Source: Callorhinchus milii
Taxonomy: Eukaryota
Length of the DNA: 64,000 bases
Direction of reading: 5' to 3'
NCBI RefSeq assembly: GCF_018977255.1
Contig: NW_024704742.1
Span: 36,706,001 to 36,770,000 of the forward strand
In this document: in pieces, positions 48,075 to 62,060 of the stretch
How positions within the stretch are numbered: the stretch's first letter is position 1
Layout: the number at the start of each line of letters is the position of its first letter
Notes under the pieces: model-generated
Database searches by the model: none
Told to the model about the DNA's origin: nothing
The model's input: the letters and a program-made list of their open reading frames with translations, nothing else
Translations under genes and position numbers: made by a program

Positions 48075-49589
48075 AAGAGCACTGAGAATTGATTGCACTG
48101 AAACAAATTATTAAATTACTAAAAAGAAACAACATTCTTGTTCAGATGGCATCCGCTTGTGAAAGCTTTTCTGTTCAAGCAAATCTAAACAAAGCCTTCT
48201 GACTGACTGCACTCGACTTTGAATAATAAGTTACTGAATGTTGATGGATGATAAGATGATAATGATAGCTGCTGGCTAGGATTAGTGAACTCGTGTCACT
48301 GCTGTCACTACTGATGTGTACATGCTGACACTGGACAGGCAACATAAAGGATACATGCATTTGAACCAACTGGCTTCGAAGCTTCTGTAGACAGATCAGC
48401 TGTCAACTTGGTGCATTGTTTAAAATCTAAGAACATGCACCAGGCAGAATGTGCACAGCAATTGTCCTCAGATTGAGTGCTATCTGTTTCTTGCCAGCCA
48501 TCAAGTGCAGCCAGCCTGTGTCATTGTCAGGTATTACACAAAGGTAGAATTCTTTCTGAAGGTTTGCATGACAGTAATCCAGAGCGCATGTCTCCAAAGC
48601 TTGTGGCCATAAGAACACACAGAATGAGAAATGGCCAGTCAAGCTCTCTATTTCCACAGACCAGCTCCAATCTTTCGTACGATGGCTGACCTGACACATT
48701 TAATCTCCTGCAGGAAAATTCTGCATAGATATCCCATAACTCCTAAGAGATAATTGAGGCAAAAAAATATTCACCCATAACCTACTTTGAACTGTTGAAC
48801 CCTGGCCTCTTGGACTCCACTGATAACCTCTCATCCCATTCCAACAACACAACAACCAATATGTTGCATGGAATGCCTGATTTCCTCTGTCCAGATCTAA
48901 TCGAAAAATTTCCAGTCCTATTGCCAACTAGTCATTTATCCAGCTCCTCAATGAAAGAGTTAATTTACATTACTGGTGGCCCTAAACATATTCTATGGGG
49001 AACGAAAAGATTTCTTCCAATCTCTAGTCTTGTTTGAGGTCTAATATGTGACGATTCCTCATCAGAATTACTGTGAGTTGCAAGTAGCAATTCCTGCTGC
49101 TAACCACAAGATTGCAAGATGAAAAAGGCCCTTCGCCTTAATTGATCTCATCCTTCCAGAATACCCATCCTACTGTCTACCCATCACAATCAGAAGAAAA
49201 TCAGGCTGAAACTTGGTGAGGATTAGAATGCAACATTTTACTTTAAATTTTTCCTAGCTTGCATTTTCATTATTGAGTGAGCTGAAATCCTACTCCATTT
49301 GCATTTGATCCATACCTGCCCCCAGTTTTGTAAAGTCAGCTGTTTCTTGGAATAAATAGAAATATAAAAATTGAATGTGAAGATAATGAATTTACTGGCA
49401 TGTTCTTGATCTGATTACAAATTCATGCTTATTACATTATATTTTTGAATTTGTTTTATAAAGAACTTGCGAATAGTTTTTTTTAGTACGATGTTTTCAC
49501 GATTCAGGCAATAATTCAGTTTTGTAAAATCAGGACTTATTAAATAAAAATGGTATCTTTGTCTGTTTTAACTTCCCTAAGATTTCTCC

Positions 49590-51772
49590 TCCATAACTTT
49601 GTGCTTCTGGTGCGTATCCCATCCTCTGCATTTACTCTCCTTCACAGCACCGTCTCCACCACACTCGACGCCCTGGTCCCTCTCATATCCCGAATTGTCT
49701 CCTATTCCCGATTCTCACCCTGGTTGATCAGCCACCCCCGCTCGCTTAGGGGCCAGGTGCAGGCTTGGCTCAAATCCGGCCTAATGGTCCACCACCACAT
49801 CTGGCTGGACCACATCAAAACCTACCGCTCCACTCTCGCCTCGGCCAAATCATCCTTCTATTCCAGGTTAATCCTGGAGGCGAAGGGCAAACCCAGGCTC
49901 CATTCTCCACCACCAACCGGCTCCTCTGCCCTCCCCGCCACCCCTCGCAGATTCTTTCCTCCGACTCCCATTATGAGGAAATGCTGGACTTCCTCGAATC
50001 CAAAATTGAGGGAATCCGCTCAGCTGCCACTGCCCTCCCAACGTCCACCCTCTCCCTACCCTCACCCCACACTCCGACTACCCGTCCCTCCTTCCACACC
50101 TTTTAACCTGTCAACCCCTCCTCTGTCATCTCCACCATATCCTCCACGAAGCCCACCACCTACTCCCTGGACCCCATCCCCATCCCTCTCCTTAAATCCC
50201 AGCTCCACCTCCTTGCCCCACTACTCGCCGACATCATCAACCTCTCCCTGTCATCTGGCACTGTTCCTTCCCCCCTCCAAACAGCCACTATCACCCCCAT
50301 CTTGACCCATCATAGCTATCCAGCTACCGGCCATCTCCCACCTTCCTTTGCTGTCTAAGGTCCTTGAGAGAGCCGTTGCCTCCCAGCTTCGCTCTTTCCT
50401 CTCCTCCCACTCCCTCCATGAACCCCTCCAATCGGGTTTCTGTGCTGCCCACAGCACGGAAACTGCGCTGGTCAAGGTCACAAATTACATCCTGACCATG
50501 TGTGACCAGGGCTCCCTCTGCCTCCTCGTTCTCCTCGACTTCTACGTCACCTTTGATACTGTGGACCATTCAATCCTCCTCCACCGCCTCACCTCCCATC
50601 TCAACTTTCAAGGTTCTGTCCTTGACTGGTTCAGGTCCTACCTTTCACACCGCCTCTACTTCGTCTCTGAAAATGGTTTCTCCTCCAGCCCCCGCACTGT
50701 CTCATGTGGCGTTCTCAGGGCTCTGTCCTCGGTCCCCTCCTCTTCACCCTCTACATCTTGGTGACATCATCCGCAGACGTGGGGTAAATTTCCACATATA
50801 TGCGGATGACACCCAACTCTATCTCTCTGTCTCCACCCTCAACTCCAGGACTACTGGCGTCCTGACCGACTGCCTGTCCGACATCAAGTCCTGGATGAGG
50901 GACGCTTTCTCCAACTCACCGTCAGCAAGACCAAGGCCCTCCTGATTGGCTCGCGGTAGCGCCTCCGCACCTCAGGCACTGGCAGCATCAGCCTCCATGG
51001 CTGCACACTCAACCTCAGTAAGCAAGTCAGGAACCTGGGTGTCTTGTTTGATCCTGAACTGTCCTCTCTCCCCCACATCCGCACCATGACCGGCACTGTC
51101 GACCACCACCTCCGCAACATTGCCAGACTCCGCCACTGCTTCACCCCTCAGGCTGCCGAAACCCTCACCCATGCATTCGTCACATCAAGAATCGATTATG
51201 GAGATTCCTCCTCATTGGCCTTCCCAACTCTTCCCTTCACAAGCTGCAGATCATCCAAACACTGCAGCTCGTGTACTCTCATGCACCAGGCTCTCTTGAC
51301 CTCATCACTCCCACCCTCGCCCGACTCCACTGGCTCCCCATCTCTCAAAGGTTCGAATTCAAGATCCTCGTTCTCACTTTCAAGGCCATCCATGGCCTTG
51401 CCCCCTCCTACCTCTCTGACCTGCTGACTCCCTACCAACTTGCTTGCTCCCTCCATTCATCGGGCTCCGGCCTGCTCAATGACTCCCGCCTGACCTGCCC
51501 TACCATCGGTGGCTGGGCTTTCAGCCTTTCTGCCCCCACACTCTGGAACTCCATCCCACAGTCCCTTTGCATCGCTTCCTCCCTTGCCTCCTTCAAGGCC
51601 GGTCTCAAGACTCTTCTCTTCGACCGTGCCTTTGGTTGCCCTCCCACCTCTCTGCCTTCCTTCACGCCTACCCCACCCCTCCCCCATGCCTGGGTCCCGA
51701 CCCTTGGCTGTCCAACACCTTGGGACGTCCTCCTGACATAAAAGGCACTCTATAAATGTAATTTTGTTGTTG
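49590..51772 (+). mobile_element. L2-A-related LINE, 2.2 kb, multiply frameshifted
   Basis: [57 protein letters not shown]; (GTT)n tail. Confidence 0.96.
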
Positions 51773-53649
51773 TAAGGAAACATCCTAAAATAATATTTTC
51801 ACAATTTCCTAAATAAATCTAAAATGGGAAATTAATAGTCAATGATAAAACAGTAACTTGCATTTATATAGCACATTTTCATGTAAGATAAATGTCTTGA
51901 AGTGTTTTATAAAATTTATCAGAAATGAATAGGTAAATGCAGCAGAAATGGCCAGTGAGCACAATAAGATGAGTAGAGAACTAAGTTAAATTTGGTGGTA
52001 TCTTTGGATAACAAGGCGATTATAAACTGGGAGAAAAAAATCCATGTTTACAATAACAATTTATATTTAAATAGCACCATTTAGATCTGGAGGACATCTC
52101 AAAGCACTTCACGCAGCCGGGGGAGCCCGAGCTGAGGGGAGCTGACCAAAAACACATTCAAATGATAGGTCTTAAGATGGGTTTTGAAAGCTGGGAGAGA
52201 GGTATCCAGAATGGATTTCCAGAGATTAGGGACAGAATGGCTCAAAGCTCACCCACTAACAGCAGGGGAGATCAGGTAGGGGACATGAAGCAAGGGGTAC
52301 TAAGCAAAGTGAGATGCCATGACAATAGGGTTGCAGGAGGCTGTAGGGGCAGGACATCGGGAAGAGGGATTTGAATGCGAGGACGAGGATCTTGAATTCA
52401 TTCCCCTAGGGGATGGGAAGCTACAGAATCACAAGAGAGATGGAACTCAAATAAATAATATAATAAAGGAAAAGATGATCTGGAAATAAATAATGAACTT
52501 GTAATTTAGATAAAATCACAGCTAATGCTGTAAATTTGCAGTAGTTGAAAAAATGATATTGAATAGAATCATTTACATCTCATCTAATCTTCTTTAGCAT
52601 TTTGCCTGGAAAGTTTTTAAATGAATGTCAATTACTCTTCATTATACTGTATAATAAAATCACTGTTATTTTAATTTAATATGAATGACTAACTTTACAA
52701 GTAACCCAAAGTTTAGATGATTCCAAATATGGTTTTCTTACATTTACTAACACATTCAAAGCTTCAGATGGCTAATATAAACTGAAAGGTAAAGGAAATG
52801 AGCTGTTAAGCAATTGTCTATGTTTCCCCCTTTCCCATTCCATATTGACAGTAAGAAAAGGATTGTCTATGATGGAATACCACCAGAAGAATAACATTCA
52901 ATGTTCTCTCAAACATCGGCTCTATCATGTGTCACTCACCTCATACCTTGGGATTTTGATGGAGAAAAGTGGCTGCTGTGTTTGCACACAAAAACAGGCA
53001 CTTCACATGACCATAGTTACCTGCAAATTTTCTTTGAGACTGTAATAACATGTTTGCTCTTGGTGGGTTTCTAAACCAGATGGAATGATTGCCAAGTGTT
53101 AGCAATAATGTGCATTAAGCACTCTGGGACATTACCCAGTGTGAAAGGCGCTATATAAATGCAAGTTGTTGTTCTATATTGGCTGCTGTGTTTCGCCCAC
53201 AAAATATACAGTCAATTCACTTTACAGAATATTCTGTGAAGCACTGTGAGACATCTCGAAGACGTGAAAAGACGCTATTTCACATGCAAGAATTATTATT
53301 ATCTGTGTGTGGGGTGGGGGGGGGGGGGGGGGTAGAGGGGGAGAGGTGAAGGTGTTGGGAGGATCATGGGCATATTCTGCCAGTCAGTGTAAATGTTCAG
53401 ATCATCTGTACTTGATTACATTGATAGCCTACATTATGGCCAGTCACAACACTGCATTCCACTTCTGAGACAACATCTCCTTTAATCCTTTGTAGACAAT
53501 GCTATAGAATTCCTGGAAGTATTATATCTAATAGGATAGACTGATCTAATCCAAATATACATCAGTAAACATGTATTCTTGGAATTGACTCCTAAGTAAG
53601 AAATATGCTTTGATATAAATGTACGTTTTCATGAGATGCATCTGCCCTG

Positions 53650-53860
53650 TCAGTTTGGCTCACAATCATAAGAGGAGTAGGGATGAAGAAGGCCCTTCGG
53701 CTGGTTTTGAGCACATTTTATTAGAACCACCACTTCAGTGAGAAGCTCCAGGGCCCTGATCTTGTGTATCTTTCCTGGTAATCCATTCCAGCTTTTAATT
53801 TTGTTCTCTGTGTAATAATATCTCCTGCCTTCAATGTGGGGGGAGTCCAACATCCCAAAC
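53650..53860 (-). mobile_element. Degenerate CR1 3' fragment
   Basis: RRYYYTENKIKSWNGLPGK resembles CR1 R.FF..RVV..WN.LP; 3' end CCGAAGGGCCTTCTTC. Confidence 0.55.
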
Positions 53861-54469
53861 CCTTTTGAGGTTAGCCTACACTTATCTTTTTCAACAACAG
53901 TGAGAAAAAGAGTAGTAGAGACTTGCCTCAAAATAGATTAGAAATTGTGTGCCATAGAAACAGAGTAAAACAGGCTCAGTATCTGTTGACTATCAGAATG
54001 GAATCCCATCCCGTTTTGTGGCTAGGCTTTAATGCTATCGTTCTCTCTCGGTGTCTGTAACATTCTCTCTCTTTCTCTGACAAACCCTACATTACCTCTA
54101 AGAAGTAGACCAAGAAATAGCCTGATCAGAGCACTATAATAATAATCAGAATGATAATAATAAATTGAATGCAGATACACGTGGCAGTACAAGACACGCA
54201 TAGTTCCTTCCTATAATCATTGGGGCAATTGGGACTGTGTATGAAATGATTCAGAAATTGAATCCTCAGTAAATTTGATAAGGTGCCCGGTGCCCAAAAT
54301 GTCCATCTCCTGCAGAAGGTTTTTATTTTGGGAAGTTCAAATATACTAAGTAAAGTAACATCCATTAAAGTGTAACATGGCAGTGTTATTGGTCTGGCTG
54401 AGCCATCACTGAGAAATGTTCAGAAAATATCTCTGTAGAGTAATCTAAACTGCAATAACATAATAGTAA

Positions 54470-54720
54470 TAATTTCTTTGCATTTGATATAGTGCCTTTC
54501 ACTTCTGGAAGATGTCTCAAAGTGGATGTTGTTTCAAAAGCTCCCTTCTCTTTTCCAATAGTGCTATGGGATCTTTAACATCACCTGAACAGGCAGAGAG
54601 GACCTCTGTTTTACATCTCCTGAGAAGGCAGTATGGAGTATCCTGCACTGCATTGGAGTGTCAGCCTAGTCTGTGTGTTCAAAGATGTAGAGCTGGAACC
54701 CATAGCTTTCTGACTCAGGC
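54470..54720 (-). mobile_element. Old Deu-domain SINE (deleted)
   Basis: ATAGTGCTATGGGATCTTTAACATCACCTGAACAGGCAGA...GTCAGCCTAG. Confidence 0.7.
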
Positions 54721-54944
54721 GGGGCTGGTATTAGGAAGAGGGTGCACTTGATTGAATGGCAAGGTTGTCCAGCATTCTGTTAGCTTTGTTTATTACCATT
54801 TCGGACTATCTGGACAAGGTGAGTGACAAATCAAATAATAGCTCTAGATCTCTTTCGATTCTCCCTTTGATATATTCTATTATCATAGATTCATATTCAT
54901 AGTTTATGCATGCCTCCTGTTTTACTTTGCTCATCTGTTGGATC

Positions 54945-55326
54945 GGAGACCTGCAGCTCAGTGGTTAGAGCACTTGCAAACGAGAGGACCTGGGTTTGAT
55001 TCCCGGGCAGGGTGAAACGTTGGGCAAGCTTCCTTACTCCACACGCTTCTGTTTACCTAGCAGTAACTAGGAGCTCGGTTGTTAGTCAATTAGCGGACCG
55101 CTTTTCTGGGGATAATAATTCCTTCAAAAAAAATTATAATAATAATTTGGTCACTCAATCCACGACTGATTGTGAGACACTGCTGTATGCAATTGGCTGC
55201 TGCATTTCGCCCACAAAATATGCAGTCAGTTCACTTTACAGTATATTCTGTGAAGTGCTTTGAGACGTCGTGAAGACTTGATAAGGCACTCTATCAAATG
55301 CAAGGATTATTATTATTATTATTATT
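54945..55326 (+). mobile_element. SINE, long subtype
   Basis: Head, long segment, tail and (ATT)n. Confidence 0.93.
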
Positions 55327-56044
55327 CTCATCACCATATGTTTCATATTCTTGCCCTCAGGATGACATTGTTGAGTTGAGAATTAGGTGCACTTAACGAT
55401 TCAACTATCTGTGGATGTGAGGCGTGGGAAAGAATGATAGTGGATTGTCAGCAAGTCCTGATCAGATGCAACTTCAATGCAAAACACTTGTTTAAAAGTG
55501 AGGAATCATTTGCTTATTTGCAGAAATCCCATGTGTCCAGTTGAAAGCATGTCCTCTTATTAACAGAATCAATTTTATCAGCTAAACTAATGATATTCAA
55601 TGTACCTTTTGAAATTAATGAAGAGGGGCAGAACAACAGAGATGAAAAAGCAATCAAAGAAAATGAGCTGAAACTGGCTGATGTCCTGTAAAGCAGAGAG
55701 AAGAGATTAGTGGATTAACTCAAAGGTCGAGACTGTAACTCATGCTGTTGTATTCACGTGGCTCTTTTCAAAGGTCTTTCCTGGGCAGCATGTGAAAACC
55801 TTTTACTGAGTTTGCAGGATTTAAAGCTATTTTTTCTACTAAGTCCCTGTGCCTTAGTCTGGTCTCCGAAGACAAATCCGCTGTGTCAGATTGAGTACAG
55901 CTGCCCTGTGTACAGCTCTGTATGTCAAGGTAGAGTTTCCATGTTATCATTTTAAGAGTATCTGTATGTTTACACACTCACAATAGCGCGTGCACAACTC
56001 CGAGTGTGCAGAGCCTGCCGATGTTCTTCCCTCGTTTGATTATA

Positions 56045-56245
56045 TAGAAACATAGAAGAAAACATAGAAACAGGAGTAGGCCATTCAGCCCCTCAAGCCT
56101 GTTCCGCCATTCTATAAGATCATGGCTGATCTGTTCCTCAAGTCCAATTACCCGGTCTTTCCCCGTGTTGCTTAATACCCTGACCTAACAAATAGCTATC
56201 CACCTCAGTCTTGAAGATGTGAATGGACCCAACATCCACAGAGTT
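56045..56245 (-). mobile_element. CR1 3' terminus
   Basis: AGAAACATAGAAACAGGAGTAGGCCATTCAGCCCCTCAAGCCTG...ATCATGGCTGATCT, similar to the reverse complement of 45185-45260. Confidence 0.85.
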
Positions 56246-57349
56246 CCTGATATGATGAACAGAACAGCATTGATGCAGCATGTGCAGTGGAAACCGAGAT
56301 GTTGTCACAGCAAGTCTGGTGAAATTCCACCTGTCACTAAAAGGTACTGTATGTGGCTTTGCTTTATGTCTAGACCAATTTAGAGAGAAGAATTGGCTGT
56401 GTGGCCTGCTCTGACTTCAGGTTTCCAGTGCCAATGAGTCAATAATGCTGCTGGCTACTCCATGAAATTGAAAGGTCTCTGCTCAGAAATAGATTTGGAT
56501 CCATTTCATAGAAATGAGGACATATTTGTTTTTAAATACATTCTGTGATAAAAGCATCTTAAGATCTATAATAACAATAAATAAATGCCATTGCTAATGT
56601 GTTATATTAGTATAATTATGTCAATGAATCATTCCTATTGCTAGAGTCTATGGTAAGGATTGTTAATTTTCTCCTATTAACTAACCCTTTGATGTTAGGT
56701 GGCTCACTTAGTTGACTTTATATGCTGTACGGTAATACATGTGCATATTAAAGTGCATACATTGCTATATTTAGTGAGGGAGATTGGTGACTTTCAGTCT
56801 TGTAATCACACAGGATGGGATGAGCAATGTAAAAGCCAGCTGAGTAGTCAGTCACTGCGTGTTAAGTATATAATTCTTTGAAATCTAGAATAGGATGTAA
56901 TTGGGGCTCTGAACTTTCCCTAGAAGACTCTGTTATTAATTTCATTGATTTGTATTTCACTTTGCATTATTGGCTGAAGGCAAGGAGATTTATTAACTGT
57001 GTCAACACATAGGGTTGGAGACAGTAAAGCTTTGTAGAACCCTGCCCCCAGCAAATAAATGTGGATATTAAGAGGATCACACTGTTTCATTGGCATAAGC
57101 TGGTTTTATGTAGTGACTCTCCAGGGGAAGCTGATTTTCTGCTTTCAATCCTTCAATTCACAAATGCAGTAAGTCAAATGAAGGATCAGACTAATCCGAC
57201 ACAAACGGGGTGGATGCAAGGGAGGAGAGGGAACACTGCTACCGTTATTTTACTTCAGTTTTGTCTTTTGCACACATGACCAGTGCATTGGAAATTGGCT
57301 CTAAAAGTTGTTGCTAACCACTTTGAGAAGAAACTTGAAATTGCGGAAG

Positions 57350-57842
57350 GGAGTGTCCTAGCCAACAATCACCCGAATAAAATTGGTCGACCTTCTGATG
57401 AGACATTAAATCAAGGTCGTGTGACTATTCAGGTGGACGTTAAAGATCCTATGACACCACAGTATTCGAAAATAGAAGGGAGTTTCTCCTAGTATCCTGG
57501 CCAACCATCCCCCAAATAATATTGGTCCCTCACTCCATGGCTGTTTGTTGGACAGTGTTTTGCTGCGTTTTGCCCATAGGTATTCAGTCAATCCACTTTA
57601 CAGTAAATCCTTCTTGGGACATCCTTCTGACGTAAAAGGCACTATATCAAATGCAAAGATTATTATTATTATTATGCATGTTAATATTATTCATGGCTGT
57701 TTATGGGACATTGCTGTGCACGACGTAGCTGCCTTGTTTATGCAGAAAATACACAATCGCTCACCTTTACAGTATATCCTGTGAAGCAGCTTCCTGAAAT
57801 GAATGGCCCTAGTCAAATGTAAAGATTATTATTATTATTATT
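57350..57842 (+). mobile_element. Tandem old Deu-domain SINE fragments
   Basis: GATGAGACATTAAATCAAGG...CAGGTGGACGTTAAAGATCCTATGACAC; two tails ending in (ATT)n. Confidence 0.75.
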
Positions 57843-58254
57843 GAAGGAAGGCCGCTGTCATTGCAACTAGTTGCTATTACCAATTGAAGTATAGATTTCA
57901 CAAGGGAGAAAAACTTGTACTTTCACTAGTGTATTAATTTACCTGCTTCTCCCAATTTTTAGTATCTTAGTATGTATGTTAGTATTCAACGGAATACATA
58001 TCTGCATTGGTGTTGCTGATACCAAGTCTCTCCAGCTCGGATGTTGTCTATGAATTCCAGGCACCCTCCACCTCCTCAACCTAAGAGGTCACTCTTTATG
58101 TGTGAACCCAGGAAATGAGCATCAGCAAGCTATTCAGCTGTGGAGGCAACCACAGTTCCCTAACCTTCGTTCTTACTCAATGTCCACACAACAGTGACTC
58201 ATACTAATACTCAATTCATATTAGTGTGAGTCACTGACAATTAGAACAAACATA

Positions 58255-58480
58255 ATAATACTCATTCCATTTAATATGAAGTTTTGCACCATGAGGATGT
58301 TTCAAAGTACTCCACAGGATTTACTGTTAATTGGAGTGTGTATTTTGCAGGCGAACACGGCAGTCATGAAGTGATGACCAATTTTATCTGGGGGATTGTT
58401 GGCCAGGACACTGAGGGGAACTCCTTACCCTTTTTGAATAGTGACACGGGATCATTAGCATCCACCTGAACAGGCAGGTG
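58255..58480 (-). mobile_element. Old Deu-domain SINE fragment
   Basis: GGGGATTGTTGGCCAGGACACTGAGGGGAACT...CCACCTGAACAGGCAG. Confidence 0.7.
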
Positions 58481-60954
58481 GGGTACCAAAGAGCAGCTGT
58501 GTACATTGGAAATATTTCTGTTATATACTCAAGAGATTCTAAGGTTGACACATACTCCCTGAATTTAATTAAATTACCAAGCTTCCTTTGAACGATTTAC
58601 GATTATAGCCCTGTAATATGACAACACGGTATAATACAGTAGAATTTAGGCTCTCATCAATGCTTCCCTTCACTTTGCTACAGTTTTATAATACACGTCT
58701 CTCTTGTCCTCTATACAATGTCATCTCTTTGCAAAACTGTATTGCATAGATATTTTCAGCACCATTCTGTCAAATAAGCTAGGCCAAACTTCCCTCTGAA
58801 GAGACACATTAGGGGTCCAATTTGCCATATTTCTTAACAGGATTCCATAAAAAGGAATCTGGGACTCCACTCCTTGTGTTAATAGTTCATCATACCCACG
58901 TGCAAGAACTCTGATCCGATCCAGAACTGAGTTCCCGCAACTCAACAGGAATTCTAATGGGATTTGTTATTAAGGAATTCCACTGAGAAATACCACACAT
59001 TAGACCCAGTGTGAATCCTACTTGTCCCCTCCTCAGGTCTGCCACCTCTACTGCTAATAACAGTAAATCTACTGTTACTAATCTAAGGCTTTCTCGGTTC
59101 ACGAAAGCTGGAATCAGCAGAAGGCGACTGGGATGTTGGGGTTTAAGTATATTTATATTGCGATATTGGTTGTTTTTTCATCATTAGAGCTGATGAGCTG
59201 TTACAGTACCATAAAACATGAATTCTCCCTCTTTACAAAGTCTCTTTCGACGTCAAATCATTGGAATGCTTTGGACTTTAGTTTTCATTTATTAATTGGA
59301 GCATTATGTACATTGAATACCATTTCTTCTCTCCTTCTAATGGGTATCCATTGCCTATGTGTTACCTGCAGGTGGAAGAGTGGAGAGCAGCTCTTTCAGC
59401 CTTCAATGCAGCTCTGGAAACAGTTGCTTAGAGGGGTGGAAGAGCAGTTCAAGACAACCATTTCTCTGAGTTTATCACTCTGGCCTTTGCTCCTCAGCAC
59501 CTCCTGACATCGCTATAGCGCAGAACAGGAGAAAATGGGTATGAAGATGGATCCCAATGTCAGGGTACTCTAATACTTGGTGTCTACCAATTGGGTCGTT
59601 TTTAATTTTAGGCCCAAAACAGCAAATGGAGTTTGGAGTCTGACGGAAAACATTCGGGAGGAGCAGCTGCTGGTGCAGTGGGTGAATATTTGACATACTG
59701 TCTCCCGGAATGCAGTTTGTTGTGAGTGCTTTTGTGCCAAACTATTCCAAGATTGCAGAGAACAGCTGCTCAGGTCATGGCGGCAGTGCTTAAGCCTGAG
59801 ACTGACTGAGATTGGATGGTCACTATTTCTCTGAACAAAGATTGGCATTAAGTCCATTATACATTTGCTTTGTTATTTTGGGATAACATTTGAACAACAG
59901 CAGCCCGTTCGCTATGGGGCTCTCTGATATATTGTGATCTCTGACACAAAATGTATTGCTTATAGCTCTTCCTTTGATAATGAAAATGCGGTTATGCCTG
60001 CAGACACGTATTAGATCCATACTGCTGGCTCTTCGTGGCATTCAACCTGAGCTGACTGCAAAGAGTAGTGTTCTGTGCATCCTTGTCTCTGCTCACTGCC
60101 ATCTGAATGCTGGTTACTGTTTAACATTATTAAAGAAATCTGGTTGTAAACCTTTAATAATTTTAAAAAAAGTTCAAGAACATAAAAACATTAAGTTCAT
60201 CAAGTTCCTAAATTCAAAAGTTCATTCTGCTGTTAGATTACAACGGATGTGAGGCTGCCTCTCAAGGCTGACATTTGAGAAGCTAGATCACACATTCATT
60301 CTTCAGATTGCCTTTTTTTGTTGTCAACTAGCTTGGTAGCGGCTTCGCTGAAGCACCCTACGTTATGGGTTGTATCTCTACTGTTGACTTAGCTTCCTCA
60401 CAGCGTCTGGCCCAATAACTTGTTTGAGGCTGTTCCAGCACTCAACCTTCAAGTAGTATACAGTAGTATACAAAATAAGTTAACAGAGTTGGAAGAGAAA
60501 AGCCAATTCATGATACTTTGGTACTCTCCGAGTCATAAAGAAGTTGGGGAACTTTACATCTATGAGTGCAATGTTTGGAGATTCACTCATATCCAACATG
60601 GTTATACTCTTAAAAACTGTAAATTCTGGTCACTTTATTTAGCTTAAAGCCGCTCTAGGCCAATTCATAAGACCTTGGCCTCTGGTAGATCTCAGATCAT
60701 GTGTGTGTTTTATATATGGAAAATGTAGCGATTTTGAGACTCCGGATGTGAAAAGAAGAATGAATGAAAGTCTTAACATTCTGAACAGCCACAATGGTAA
60801 ATATTTGTTATAAAAGTGTAATTAAACTGTGCTGGAACATTCTCATCAGGCAGGTTTTGGTTAGTGTTTGCTGTGTAGTCCCATCAGACCAATGTGAAAT
60901 CCTTCAGATTTTATGGGGTCAGAGGTATCATGGCATGAATTTTGCAATCAGAAT

Positions 60955-61225
60955 CGTTGCATTTGATACAGCACCTTTCACATCGGGAGGACATTTCAAA
61001 GCGATTCACAGGAATTTACTGTAAAGTGTAGTGATGCATTTTGTGGCCGAACACAGCACCCAAATACCCACAAATGGCCAATTTTATTGGGGCGATTGTT
61101 GACAAGGACGCTGGGAGAAAAGTGTCATGGGATCTTTAACATCTCCCTGAATAGGCAGACAGGACCTTGGTTTAAAGTCTCAACTGAAGGATAGCACCTT
61201 CAAAAATGCAGTGCGCTCCCAGCAT
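60955..61225 (-). mobile_element. Old Deu-domain SINE fragment
   Basis: GTCATGGGATCTTTAACATCTCCCTGAATAGGCAGACAGGACCTTGGTTTAAAGTCTC. Confidence 0.7.
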
Positions 61226-61779
61226 AGTGAAAAACAGAGTGTGAACGCAGTATCATATCTTGGTCATTGCCAGTAGGACATTGCTGTGTACAACTAGCTG
61301 TTGATTTCACCCACAAAGCCCACAATCCACTTTACAGTATATCCTGTGAAGTGATTTGGTATATCACAATGCTGTGATAAGGTACTGTATCAAATGTAAG
61401 GATTATTATTACTATTGCTTTGTGCGCCTGCTGGTAAGGCCCGCCGGTAACTGGTGCTCAAATGCCTCCAGATAATCTTAATATTATCTGTCAGGAAGGT
61501 TCAAGTGTCTAATCAAAGAAAGTTTGTATTGCAAATGATCTAAAATCGACACCGACCATTTCCATATCAATCGCTACAACGTAATTTGGACCAGCCTGGC
61601 CATTTGTTCAATTGGAATATTTAAAACGATAAAAAGATGCTTGAAAACCAAAGGTATTAATGTTTATGAGGAAAGAGGAATTTAAATTATAAAGATTTGG
61701 CAGGATCTAATAAAACGGTGGAACAGTGTGCTCCTGTTCCTATGTTGCCCACCTCAATACTTGCTCTACGTATTCCGAC

Positions 61780-62060
61780 TGGTCTGCCCCACTATCGGCA
61801 GTTGGGCCTTCAGCCTCTCTGCCCCCACCCTTTGGAACTCCATCCCACAGTCCCTTTGCCTTGCTCCCTCACTTGCCTCCTTCAAGGCACGTCTCAAGAC
61901 CTTCCTCTTCAACCGCACCTTCGGTCACCATCCTACCCTACCCTTCCAGCTCTCCACCCCTCCTGATCTCAGCCCCCTGCTCGGGCCCAAATCTCTGATC
62001 GTCCAGTGCCTTGAGACATTCTCCCAATGTGAAAGGCACTATACAATTTGTTGTTGTTGC
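61780..62060 (+). mobile_element. L2 3' fragment
   Basis: PTIGSWAFSLSAPTLWNSIPQSLCLAPSLASFKARLKTFLF; (GTT)n. Confidence 0.9.

Noticed and set aside
49028..49068. Hammerhead ribozyme on the minus strand (CTGATGA...GTC...GAC..CAAAC)
   Set aside because: The essential GAAA core reads CAAA and the helices are not convincing; at most a dead relic.
53311..53345. Poly-G tract (G17) as a regulatory G-quadruplex
   Set aside because: A simple homopolymer next to a SINE tail with no supporting context.
59570..59857. hAT transposase dimerisation domain (…TSSCSSRMFS…)
   Set aside because: Only a vague match to SSA..ER.FS, with no other transposase motifs or TIRs.
60323..60388. GTCAAC...CTACGTT...GTTGAC multi-stem resembling IscB omega/HEARO RNA
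   Set aside because: The stems are short, the motif order differs, and there is no IscB/TnpB/Fanzor ORF nearby; consistent with chance.
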